Positions 47,313-56,037 of a stretch of 64,000 bases of DNA are shown one piece after another. The stretch's first letter is position 1; every line of letters starts with the position of its first letter. Source of the stretch: Nitrososphaerota archaeon (GTDB lineage: Archaea > Thermoproteota > Nitrososphaeria > PSMU01); contig PSMU01000001.1 of NCBI GenBank assembly GCA_040290255.1, positions 320,001-384,000 on the forward strand. The letters are read 5' to 3'. The position numbers and the translations under genes were made by a program. Below the pieces are notes generated by a model. It did no database searches, was not told the origin of the DNA, and saw only the letters and a list, made by a program, of their open reading frames with translations.

Positions 47313-48750
47313 TGGCCAGCGCGCCGCGCAGGAAGCCCTGCAGCTCCGCTATGGCCATGCGCTGCTGCTGCATGCTATCCCTCTCCCTCACGGTTACGGT
47401 ATCGTCCTTCAGCGTCTGGCCATCTATCGTGATGCAAAAGGGCACGCCCAGTAGGTCGGCCTTCCTATACCTCCTGCCGATGCTGCCCTCCTCTTCGTAG
47501 AGCACGTCGAAGTCCAGCTCCAGGGAACCCTTTATCGCCCTGGCCTTCTCCGGCATGCCCTCCCTCTGCACGAGCGGGAAGATGGCGACCTGGAGGGGCG
47601 CCAGGTACGGCTTCAGGGCCAGGACCCTTCTCCCCTGCTGCTCGCGCAGGCTCAGCTCCAGCAGGGCATATAGGCTCCTATCGATGCCCATCGAGAGCTC
47701 GAAGATGTGCGCCATGAGCTTGGTCCCCGCATCCTCCACGAGCAGCTCCTGGCCGCTGATCCTTGCATGGTTCGTCAGGTCATAATCCCCCCTATAGTTG
47801 CAGGCGACGAGCTCCAGCCAGCCCACGCTGGTCAGGGCCTCCAGGTCAAAGGCCTGGCGCGAGTAGAAGGCCCTTTCATCCTCGCGCAGCAGCCTGAACC
47901 TCAGCGCCTCCGCCGGGAAGCCCGCCTTTATGTAGAAGCGCTGCAGGAGCGCCAGGTAGTAGGCGATCAGGGGGTGCTCCACAATTCCCCCCTCCACCAG
48001 CTCCCTCACGCTCACCTCCTTCATGCTGTTCCCATCGTACAGGCGCAGCCTATCCTCGAGGTAGGGCGCGAGCTTCGGCACGGCCCTCTGGGCCGGGTTG
48101 AAGAAGACCTCCATCTCCGCCTGGTAGAACTCCCGGAGCCTCAGGAACCCCTGCCGAGGCGAGATTTCGTTCCTGAAGCTCTTCCCTATCTGCGCGATGG
48201 CCTGGGGGAGCTTAAAGCCCAGCGTCTTGTAGAGCGTGAGGAAGTCGACGAAGATGCTCTGGCAGGTCTCGGGCCTCAGGTAGCACTCCTCGCCCCTGGG
48301 CCCTATCAGGACCTTGAACATCAGGCTCACCAGGAAGGGCTTCGAGAGCCCGCCGCCGCAGCTGGGACAGGTCACCGCGCTCCTCTCCAGCAGCGCGCCC
48401 AGCTCCTCCAGCGAGCCCCCCTCGGGGAACTCGATGCCCGCCTTCTCCCACAGCAGCTTATCGGCCCTGAAGTAGCCGCCGCAGCGCTCGCATCTGACGG
48501 TAGGGTCCACGAAGCTCTTCAGATGCCCCGAGGCCTCGAAGACGCTCCTGGGCAGTATGGCGCAGCCATCGAGCTCCAGCATCCCATCCCTCCTGAAGAT
48601 CTCCCTCCTGAGCAGCTGCACATACCTGTGCTTAAGCAGCGTGCCCAGGGGGCCATAGTCCCAGAAGCCGGCGGGCGTGCCCGAGTAGATCTCTGCTGCC
48701 GGAAAGAAGAAGCCGTGTTGCTTCGCATAGCGCTGCAGCTCCTCGAGCAC
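47305..48750 (-). CDS. glyS: Glycine--tRNA ligase (alpha2 type)
   Basis: DYGPLG, YLRPETCQ, GKSFRNEISPRQG and anticodon domain GSIGRRY. Confidence 0.96.
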   Translation of the reverse strand: MLEELQRYAKQHGFFFPAAEIYSGTPAGFWDYGPLGTLLKHRYVQLLRREIFRRDGMLELDGCAILPRSVFEASGHLKSFVDPTVRCERCGGYFRADKLLWEKAGIEFPEGGSLEELGALLERSAVTCPSCGGGLSKPFLVSLMFKVLIGPRGEECYLRPETCQSIFVDFLTLYKTLGFKLPQAIAQIGKSFRNEISPRQGFLRLREFYQAEMEVFFNPAQRAVPKLAPYLEDRLRLYDGNSMKEVSVRELVEGGIVEHPLIAYYLALLQRFYIKAGFPAEALRFRLLREDERAFYSRQAFDLEALTSVGWLELVACNYRGDYDLTNHARISGQELLVEDAGTKLMAHIFELSMGIDRSLYALLELSLREQQGRRVLALKPYLAPLQVAIFPLVQREGMPEKARAIKGSLELDFDVLYEEEGSIGRRYRKADLLGVPFCITIDGQTLKDDTVTVRERDSMQQQRMAIAELQGFLRGALAIS

Positions 48751-48787
48751 GCCGGCCGCTGGCGGCGCGTTAATTAAAGCGTTCGGC

Positions 48788-48952
48788 CTACTTCGCCACC
48801 ACGACCTTGGCGATGGGCGGCCTCACCTTCCTCAGCACGCGGTACCCGCAGATGCACCTTATATCGGGCAGCTCGGCCAGGTCCTCGGCCCTGTTCAGGG
48901 CCCCGCACCTGACGCACTGGTACACCAGGCCCTTTATCTTCTCCGAGCTCAC
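48788..48952 (-). CDS. rpoP: DNA-directed RNA polymerase subunit P (Rpo12)
   Basis: Manual translation MSSEKIKGLVYQCVRCG...IRCICGYRVLRKVRPP (not in the ORF track). Confidence 0.92.
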   Translation of the reverse strand: MSSEKIKGLVYQCVRCGALNRAEDLAELPDIRCICGYRVLRKVRPPIAKVVVAK

Positions 48953-48974
48953 GGGCTCGCCGGGGCTTTCCCGC

Positions 48975-50099
48975 TTAAAACGTTTTCCTCTTGAGGGCCC
49001 AGCCCCTCACCTCCCGGGCCACGCGCCTCACGTCCGCGGCGCCCATCCGCGGGTGCAGCGGCAAGGAAAGCACGCAGCGGGCCGCCCTCTCCGCGTTGGG
49101 CAAGCTAACGGCGCCGTAGCGCTCGCGGTAGAAGGGGAGCCTGTGCAGCGGCGTGGGATAGTAGACCCTGGCCTCTATGCCCCTGCCCTCCAGGTGCAGC
49201 AGCAGCTCATCCCTCCCTTCCTCCACGAAGATCGTGAAGGCCGTCCAGGAGTGCTCGCAGTACTCCTTGACGCGAGGCAGCCTTATGTACGGCACCCCCT
49301 CCAGCTCCTCCATGTAGAGCTGGGCCAACCCCCTCCTCCTCCTGAGCAGGGCCGCTGCCCTCCTCAGCTGCGCAAGCCCCAGGGCCGCCAGCGGCTCGGG
49401 CAGGCGCAGGTTCAGGCCCAGCGCCTCAGTCTCATAATGCCTCCAGGCGCCGTGGTTCCTGATGAGCCTGAGCCTCCTGGCCAGCTCCGAGGCCTGCGCT
49501 ATAACTGCCCCTCCCTCGGCGGTGGTGATGAGCTTAGTGGGGTAAAAGCTGAGGCAGCCCAGGTCGCCCAGCGTGCCCGCGCATCTTCCCCTGTACTTCG
49601 CCAAGAGCGCCTGGGCGGCATCCTCGACGATCCAGAGCCCCCTGGCCTGCTTCAGCTTCAGCAGCGCATCCATATCGCAGACATGCCCATAGAGGTGCAC
49701 GGGCAACAGGCCCTTCACGCCCTCCAGCTGCCGCTCATCCAGGGAAGCCGCGTCCAGGCAGTAGGTCTCCAGCTCTATATCCGCGAAGACGGGCACGCCT
49801 CCCAGGGCCACCACGACGTTGGCCGTGGCGGGGAACGTCAGCGCGGGCACGAGCACGCGATCTCCTGGCCTGAGCCCCAGGGCCAGCAGCGCGGCATAAA
49901 GGGCTGAGGTGCCCGAATTGAAGGCCACGACCTCCTGCGCGCCCAGCAGCTGCGCCAGCGCGCGCTCGAAGCGGCCCACATAGGGCCCCCCTTGGGGCGA
50001 GGCGCTGGTCAGCAGCCCGCTCCGCAACGGTGCCGCGATGGCCCTCCTCTCGGCCCTGCCCAAGTAAGGCGCGGCGATCCTTATCCTCCTAGCCGCCAA
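48975..50099 (-). CDS. DegT/DnrJ/EryC1/StrS sugar aminotransferase
   Basis: NSGTSAL, PVHLYG, VEDAAQA and SFYPTKLITTAEGG. Confidence 0.93.
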   Translation of the reverse strand: MAARRIRIAAPYLGRAERRAIAAPLRSGLLTSASPQGGPYVGRFERALAQLLGAQEVVAFNSGTSALYAALLALGLRPGDRVLVPALTFPATANVVVALGGVPVFADIELETYCLDAASLDERQLEGVKGLLPVHLYGHVCDMDALLKLKQARGLWIVEDAAQALLAKYRGRCAGTLGDLGCLSFYPTKLITTAEGGAVIAQASELARRLRLIRNHGAWRHYETEALGLNLRLPEPLAALGLAQLRRAAALLRRRRGLAQLYMEELEGVPYIRLPRVKEYCEHSWTAFTIFVEEGRDELLLHLEGRGIEARVYYPTPLHRLPFYRERYGAVSLPNAERAARCVLSLPLHPRMGAADVRRVAREVRGWALKRKTF

Positions 50100-50742
50100 G
50101 CCTCCTCACCAGCTCCACCACGCGCCTCAAGGCCCCCTCCAGCAGCTCGGGCCCTATGCCGGGCACGCCGCAGGCCAGGGCCAGCACATGGTTCGTGGAG
50201 CCCGTCACCTTTGTCCTGTTCGCATCCCTAAAGGGATAGACATGCATTACGCCCAGCTCATCGGCCAGGACCACGCTCTTAGCCGTGAGCACGACCTCCC
50301 TGCCCGTTATGTCCACAAAGAGCTCGCCCTCGCGCGCCCATCTCAGCCGCGGCACGCCCCTCACCCTTGCCAGGTCATATAGGCCTATCGCGATCAGCGT
50401 CTCGGCCGAGGCAAGGTTGCCCGCATCGACCACGTTGTTTATGCTGGGCAGGCCGCCCCTGAGCAGGAGCCTCCTGACCAGGCTCTCCGAGGAGGGCCTC
50501 TGCTTCGTGGGGTCGATGCCCAGCCTCCAGTAGAAGTCCCTATAGGCCCTGACCACGGGATGCTCCTTCAGGGAGGTGAGGTCCAGGTTGAGCCCCCGCC
50601 TTAGGGCCTGAAGTTCCTGCTCAAACCCATAGCCCGCCTCGAGCACCCTGGCCCTGAAGCTCAGCGCCCTCACGGCGAGCCCCGGAAAGCGCGCGGCGAG
50701 TTCCTCCTCTATGGGCACCGGAAAGGGCTGGGGCTCAGCCAA
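50089..50742 (-). CDS. Stand-alone B3/B4 (PheRS-beta-like editing) domain protein
   Basis: AYRDFYWRLGIDPTKQRPSSESLVRR and INNVVDAGN. Confidence 0.9.
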   Translation of the reverse strand: MAEPQPFPVPIEEELAARFPGLAVRALSFRARVLEAGYGFEQELQALRRGLNLDLTSLKEHPVVRAYRDFYWRLGIDPTKQRPSSESLVRRLLLRGGLPSINNVVDAGNLASAETLIAIGLYDLARVRGVPRLRWAREGELFVDITGREVVLTAKSVVLADELGVMHVYPFRDANRTKVTGSTNHVLALACGVPGIGPELLEGALRRVVELVRRLGG

Positions 50743-51790
50743 AGCGCGCCAGCTCCTGGGCCCAGCGCGCCAGCCTCTCCCTATACGGGGCCACGAGCGC
50801 GTCGAGGGCCTTGGCCAAGGCGAGCTTCAGGTCCATGGGATGCAGGCGGCCGCCCATATAGTCCTCCCTGAGCTGCTCGTAGCGCTCGTAGGTCACATCG
50901 CCGCCCTTTGATGCGGGCCTGCTCACCTCCAGCACGGGCCTAAGGCGGAAGACGATGAGCTTGGCGAGCGCGAGCACGGGGTTGAGCTCCTCCTGCTGAG
51001 GGGGGCACCAGGCCTCCTTTAGCTTCCTGGCCATCTCCTCGGCCGAATCGTGCACGAAGAGCGCGCTCTTGGGCTTGGACTTGCTCATCTTGCTCGAGAT
51101 GATCATATCCATCCTCTCATCCTCGTCCAGCCCCTCCCTATGCGGCGGCAACAGGCCCGGCAGGAGCTCGTGGTGAAGCGCTATGGGGGCCCTCCAGCCC
51201 AGCTTGGGATAGACATCCCTGGCCAGCATGTGCACCTTCCTCTGGTCCATGCCGGCATGGGCCACATGGACGCCCAGGGCCCTTATATCTAGGGCCTGCA
51301 TGAGGGGGTAGAGGTAGTGGGCCACCGCCAGCCCCTCGCCGGCCCTCCTGCCCATGATCGTGAGCGCCCTCATGGCCCTCCTGAGCGGGGTCCTTAGGGC
51401 CAGCCTCACCAGCTCCTGCCAGTACTCGCGGTAGCTCTCATACAGGTCGGAGCCGAGGATGCATTCGACCCCGGGAGCGAAGAGCTCGAAGGCCTCCTTA
51501 TAGTAGCTGGCGGCCTCCCTGATGAGCTCCCAATCCCCGCCCATCTTCTCGTTTATTACGCTATGCCAGTCGGCGAGGAAGACCTTGCAGCGAAAGCCCG
51601 CCTCCTGGAAGTCCCTTATCTTTATGCCCGAGATGAAGAGCGTGCCCAGGTGGAGCGGGCCTGAGATCTCGAAGCCTATATAATGCCCTGGCCTCTCCTC
51701 GGTTTCGAGCAGCAGCCGCAGCTCCTGCTCCGTTACCACCTCCTGCGTGGGGGGCCTGAGCAGGGCCTGCATGCGCGAGGCAGGGTCCAC
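50735..51790 (-). CDS. tyrS: Tyrosine--tRNA ligase
   Basis: YIGFEISGPLHLG, YPLMQALD, GMDQRKVH, KMSKS and LHPMDLK. Confidence 0.96.
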   Translation of the reverse strand: MDPASRMQALLRPPTQEVVTEQELRLLLETEERPGHYIGFEISGPLHLGTLFISGIKIRDFQEAGFRCKVFLADWHSVINEKMGGDWELIREAASYYKEAFELFAPGVECILGSDLYESYREYWQELVRLALRTPLRRAMRALTIMGRRAGEGLAVAHYLYPLMQALDIRALGVHVAHAGMDQRKVHMLARDVYPKLGWRAPIALHHELLPGLLPPHREGLDEDERMDMIISSKMSKSKPKSALFVHDSAEEMARKLKEAWCPPQQEELNPVLALAKLIVFRLRPVLEVSRPASKGGDVTYERYEQLREDYMGGRLHPMDLKLALAKALDALVAPYRERLARWAQELARFG

Positions 51791-51814
51791 GGCCCGAGCC
51801 TTCGCGCACTTCTA

Positions 51815-52180
51815 TTATCCTTTTCCCGAGGCCAGCGCGAGGAGCAGCGAGAGCGCGAGCAGCGCTGCCAGCGCCACCGAGATGCCGCCGTATGCGATGG
51901 CGATAAGATAGGCCCCCAGGGCCCCGAAGGAGAGGAAGGCCACGGCCTGGTAGAGGTGCGCCAGCAGGCTAGTTGCCAGCGTGGAGATGATGAGCGCTCG
52001 CCAGCGCTCGTTCATCTTTCCCTTCCTCACCAGGGCGTAGAGCGAGAGCAATGAGGCGGCGCTGAGCGCCAGCAGCCTGGCGCCGCCCTGGCCCAGGAGC
52101 ACCGCGATGGCCCAAAAGGCTGCGTTGGCCAGGAGCGAGGCCAGCAGCAGATGAAGCCCCCTCACGCCCCTCCTGGGCAA
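51815..52180 (-). CDS. Hypothetical four-TM membrane protein
   Basis: Hydrophobic 121-aa ORF divergent from the secreted-protein operon. Confidence 0.6.
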   Translation of the reverse strand: MPRRGVRGLHLLLASLLANAAFWAIAVLLGQGGARLLALSAASLLSLYALVRKGKMNERWRALIISTLATSLLAHLYQAVAFLSFGALGAYLIAIAYGGISVALAALLALSLLLALASGKG

Positions 52181-52356
52181 TCCCTGTTAAAAGCTGCTGC
52201 GGTGGCCGGCATGTGCCGGAGCGATCGTCCAAAAAAAAGGGAATATAGGGCACAAAATTGACCAAGAGGGGTTCTAAGAGCCGGGAAGTGCTGTCCCCTT
52301 AACTTGGAATCCTTTGCGTTAAGCCTAATATCATATGCTCCCGGGGGCCGTTAGGC

Positions 52357-52803
52357 TTGGAGCGTAGGCTAAGGACCAAACTGGTGGCCGCAGTTCTTCC
52401 TCTGCTAATCCTCCTAGGGGCAAGCGCCGCGTATGCCGTGACCATATCTCTCAGCAGCTCTAACGTAATGCCGATAGGGGGCACGGGACTCGTTACCGTG
52501 AATTGCCCAGCACAACCCTGCGCGGTGAGCAAAGTAACTTGGACGCTGGACACCTCACCTCCCTTCTACGTAGCCAGCGCAACCGTGTCCTGGACGCCCA
52601 GCCAAGATGGAGACTACCAGGTCTGCGTAAACCTCTATGGTAGCGATGGCAACCCGCTCAATAATGGAAGCGGCTGCATCACCAAACGCTTACCTGGAGG
52701 CACGGCTACAAGTACCACCGTGCCCTTCTCTGGGACGGGCTCGTCGAGGCCAAACCCAAGGGATATCTATAAGGTGGAAGTGATAATAGTCCAGACTCCT
52801 TGA
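52357..52803 (+). CDS. Secreted small beta-rich protein, putative major fibre subunit
   Basis: Signal peptide ending AAYA; mature N-terminus VTISLSSSNVMPIGGTGLV; 4 Cys; Thr/Ser/Val-rich; no C-terminal anchor. Confidence 0.7.
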   Translation: MERRLRTKLVAAVLPLLILLGASAAYAVTISLSSSNVMPIGGTGLVTVNCPAQPCAVSKVTWTLDTSPPFYVASATVSWTPSQDGDYQVCVNLYGSDGNPLNNGSGCITKRLPGGTATSTTVPFSGTGSSRPNPRDIYKVEVIIVQTP

Positions 52804-53180
52804 GAAGACTTTTTTTGCTGCTGCTTCTCTCAATTATCTTAGCCCCGGCCTACGCGCTCTTAATAAGCCCCGTAAATGTCCAGCCCGCCGAAGGCATAAG
52901 GGTGGACCTCACGCGCCCCCTCAACAGCTGCTTTGAAGTAAAGGGGCTCGCCTTTTCCTTCAGCGCCACGTCCATAACCTCCGTCACGATAACGGTTTTT
53001 AACACATGCAACTCTCGAGAAACGGCGGATGTCTTGATTACCTGGTACCTAAGGGATGGGAGCTCTTTACAGACTCATATGACCATTCAGGTGCCCGGGC
53101 TGGGAACCAAGGCTGGCTCCGCCGCTTTATCCAACCCCATTCCCTTCGCCTCCCTGATTAAGGTGGTCGTGAATGTCTAG
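52800..53180 (+). CDS. Secreted small beta-rich protein, putative minor fibre subunit
   Basis: Signal peptide ending PAYA; 2 Cys; C-terminal strand SLIKVVVNV; TTGA overlap with the previous stop. Confidence 0.65.
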   Translation: MRRLFLLLLLSIILAPAYALLISPVNVQPAEGIRVDLTRPLNSCFEVKGLAFSFSATSITSVTITVFNTCNSRETADVLITWYLRDGSSLQTHMTIQVPGLGTKAGSAALSNPIPFASLIKVVVNV

Positions 53181-53616
53181 AACTAGGACTTCGGCCGCGC
53201 TGTTCTTCGCGGGCCTGCTGCTCTTATTGATGGCCACCCCCTATGAGGCCTTCTCATCCCTGCTTGCCATCTCCACCATTAGGCCGGTGGGGGGCTCCGG
53301 CCTTGTACCCGTGCCCAAGGACGGCGTGCTGATGATCCGCATAAGCCTAAGCATGGGGGGAAACCTGGCCGATGATCGCATAAATCGGTTAGATATAGCG
53401 CTGCGGGCCTCGGACCCCAGCTACTCCTGCCCCGGCGGCTCGCGGTGTTATACGCTCGCCTATACGCTATATCTGGATAACTCCCTTTCGAGCTCCCGCA
53501 GCCGCGCCGTTTCGGTAACCACTACGGCAACTACAATCACCTTCAGCTTTTCTCCGCTTAATCAGGCCGGCGCGCAAAACCTCTCCATAATAATTAACGT
53601 GGTGAGAAGTTCATGA
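53173..53616 (+). CDS. Secreted small beta-rich protein, putative minor/tip fibre subunit
   Basis: Signal peptide; PVGGSGLV matches PIGGTGLV of 52357; Cys pair; C-terminal strand NLSIIINVV. Confidence 0.65.
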   Translation: MSRTRTSAALFFAGLLLLLMATPYEAFSSLLAISTIRPVGGSGLVPVPKDGVLMIRISLSMGGNLADDRINRLDIALRASDPSYSCPGGSRCYTLAYTLYLDNSLSSSRSRAVSVTTTATTITFSFSPLNQAGAQNLSIIINVVRSS

Positions 53617-54053
53617 TGAAGCGCGAGGCCTTCCTCCTCGGCATGGGCCTTCTCCTAACGGCCTATGGCGGCTATGGGCTGGCGCAGCGCCTCACGCTCT
53701 ACTATGTAGCCTCTGGCTCCATGGAGCCCTACTTGCCCACAGGGAGCTTAATATTGGTTGAGCGCGGCGCCGTGCCCGCGGCCGGCGACATAGCGCTAGT
53801 GAACTATTACGGTGAGCCGCTCGTGCATAGGGTCGTGCGGGTAGACCCGAGCTCGGGCATAATATGGCTTACCGCCGACGCGCAGCCGGGCTTCGTTCAG
53901 CAAGCAAAGCTGAGGGATTTAATCGGCGTCGTCGTCCTGGCATTGCCCTACTTTGGCTATATGGCCATGCTTGCAAGGGCTTACCCCTGGCTTACTACAG
54001 CTATGCTGGGAGCGCTTATATCGCTAATCCTATTGAGGTGGATTAAGGGGTGA
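53613..54053 (+). CDS. Signal peptidase I, ER/SipW type (S26)
   Basis: N-terminal TM, VASGSMEP (Ser), GD, VHRV (His), IGVV...PYFGY and C-terminal TM. Confidence 0.88.
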   Translation: MMKREAFLLGMGLLLTAYGGYGLAQRLTLYYVASGSMEPYLPTGSLILVERGAVPAAGDIALVNYYGEPLVHRVVRVDPSSGIIWLTADAQPGFVQQAKLRDLIGVVVLALPYFGYMAMLARAYPWLTTAMLGALISLILLRWIKG

Positions 54054-55330
54054 GGAGGCCCCTCAAGGCGCTCCTTACGCTCGCGCTGCTCTTTCCCCTA
54101 CTTGCTCATCCCTCCCATGCCATCGCTTCGGTGACCGTCGACGTCCCCTTTCAAATATCAGCCACGCTTGATGGAAGGCCGCTGCTGATAAGCGGCGCGG
54201 CGCAGGTCTCCGGCACGCTGTGCCTGCCCCTGCTCGTGTACGCTTCTCCTCTAGAGCGCTATGCCTTCGAGGGCTGGTATGTTAATGCCACGCGCATCTC
54301 AACGGGCTCCTGCCTAAGCGTAAGCGAGGGCAGCTACCTGGCGCACTACAAGCCGCAGTTCCTGGTGGGCCTGGCCTCGGATCCGCCGGGCCTCCTCTCG
54401 ACGAGCCTTTGGGCAAATGCGAGCGAGCCCACGCCCATTTCCCTTCCGACGCAGATAGAGCGAGAAGGGGTGAGGGCCAGGCTTATCGCCGCTTACTTCA
54501 ACGGATATCCCCTTCCAATAATAAACGGGAGCATCGTCATAGGCGTAAGGGCCCCAGCCCTAATAACCCTGGCCTATGAGAAGTTCGTGAGGATAACCAT
54601 CATGGGCCCTAACTTCACGCGAGAGCTCTGGGCCAGGGCCGGAGCGCCGATAGCCCTACCGCTTCCTGATTATGTGCCCGTAGCCGAGGGCGCAAGATTA
54701 CGGCTGGTCGCAGCGTATGCTGGGCAGACAGAGATAGGCCGAACCTACATACCCGGCGAGCCCGTGCTCATAGCCGCGGCCTATGTAAGGCAATATTATG
54801 TGAGGGTAAGCTCGCCCCAGGGGGCTTTAGTTGAGGGCTGGTATGATGAAGGCACTCAGCTCAGTATATCCGCGCCTGAGATGATAAGCATGGGCCCCGG
54901 CAGGAGGCTGGCCTTCCTGGGCTGGAGCGGCATAAACTACACGGGCAGCAGCCTCGGCTTAACTGTACGGGCTCCGATCAACGCCACGGCCCTGTACGAG
55001 CTCCAGGTGGAGGTTCAGCTAATGACTCCCCTGGGAACTTCGAGCTACTGGATAGGAGCGGGGAAGACGATGGCCCTCAGCCTGCCCACCTCCCTTCCCG
55101 CCTCCCTCGGCTTCGTCAGAAGCCTGGTGGGCGTAACGATGAATGGAAAGAGCCTGCCAGTAGATAAGGGCATAATCATGGTTACCCCCCTCGAGCCCTC
55201 GATGGTGGTGGCGCAGTATTCGCTCTCACTGGACCCTCAGGGCCTCCTAATACTTGCAGGGATTGGGCTGCTCATTTCGGCGCTTTACCTCGGCCTGAGC
55301 AGGGCCAAGAAGAGGGAGAAGCCCGATTAG
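54050..55330 (+). CDS. Membrane-anchored cell-surface repeat glycoprotein
   Basis: Signal peptide; repeated beta modules (RYAFEGW, YYVRVSSP..EGWYDEG, RLAFLGWSG); six N-x-S/T sequons; C-terminal TM with basic tail. Confidence 0.75.
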   Translation: MRRPLKALLTLALLFPLLAHPSHAIASVTVDVPFQISATLDGRPLLISGAAQVSGTLCLPLLVYASPLERYAFEGWYVNATRISTGSCLSVSEGSYLAHYKPQFLVGLASDPPGLLSTSLWANASEPTPISLPTQIEREGVRARLIAAYFNGYPLPIINGSIVIGVRAPALITLAYEKFVRITIMGPNFTRELWARAGAPIALPLPDYVPVAEGARLRLVAAYAGQTEIGRTYIPGEPVLIAAAYVRQYYVRVSSPQGALVEGWYDEGTQLSISAPEMISMGPGRRLAFLGWSGINYTGSSLGLTVRAPINATALYELQVEVQLMTPLGTSSYWIGAGKTMALSLPTSLPASLGFVRSLVGVTMNGKSLPVDKGIIMVTPLEPSMVVAQYSLSLDPQGLLILAGIGLLISALYLGLSRAKKREKPD

Positions 55331-55430
55331 GCGCGTACCTCCGCGGTCTGACGGCTCCTTAGCGAGCTAAGCAGGGGAAGGGCCCCAGCAGGTATGTCTC
55401 GATTATAATGTCTGGTGGCCGGGCGCGCGC

Positions 55431-55979
55431 CTACCTGGAGGCCAGCTGGCCGGAGAGCAGCAGCCCCCAGGCGAGCACCGGATAGACGATCATCCTCTCG
55501 ATCCCTCCCCTGCCCAGGCCCAGGTCCACGTTGGCCAGGAAGAGCAGCAGCGAGAGCAGGCTGAGGAGGCCCAGCAGCAGATGTAGCGGCCTTAGGGCCG
55601 GGGGCGAGATGCGATACGAGGAGAGCGCGGCCAGCCCCGAGAAGAGGAAGGCGATGAGCGAGAAGAGGCCATGTAAGAGGCCGAAGCGCTCGTTGAAGAG
55701 GCCCACGCCCAGGGCGCCTATGCCCGCGAGCGCGAGCAGCAGCCTAAAGATCCTGCCGTAGCCTTCGCCCAGCCAGTAGCTGCCCGCCAGCACGAGCAGG
55801 CCCAGCAGCGAGACCGAGCCGTTGAAGGCCCAGGCGGAGGGGCCCACGCCCAGGTCGCTGATGAAGTTCTGGGAGACGCTGTAGTCCGGATAGAGGGCCT
55901 CCGCGGCCAGCAGGCCCAGCAGCAGGAACTGGATCACGCCCACCGAGAAGGCAAGGGAGGCAAGGTGCACCCTGTTCAT
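55431..55979 (-). CDS. DUF998 family membrane protein
   Basis: AEALYPDYSVSQNFISDLG, GVGLF.E, LH and GGIERMIVYP. Confidence 0.85.
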   Translation of the reverse strand: MNRVHLASLAFSVGVIQFLLLGLLAAEALYPDYSVSQNFISDLGVGPSAWAFNGSVSLLGLLVLAGSYWLGEGYGRIFRLLLALAGIGALGVGLFNERFGLLHGLFSLIAFLFSGLAALSSYRISPPALRPLHLLLGLLSLLSLLLFLANVDLGLGRGGIERMIVYPVLAWGLLLSGQLASR

Positions 55980-56037
55980 GCCAAGGCCCTGGGGGGTTAG
56001 GTTTATATGCGCTCGCAGGGCCCGAGCGGCACACGAT

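Noticed and set aside
52357-53616. Type IV pilin or archaellin interpretation of the small secreted proteins
   Set aside because: No class III signal (K/R-G followed by a retained hydrophobic helix); they have AxA-type cleavage after the hydrophobic stretch and an adjacent SPase I
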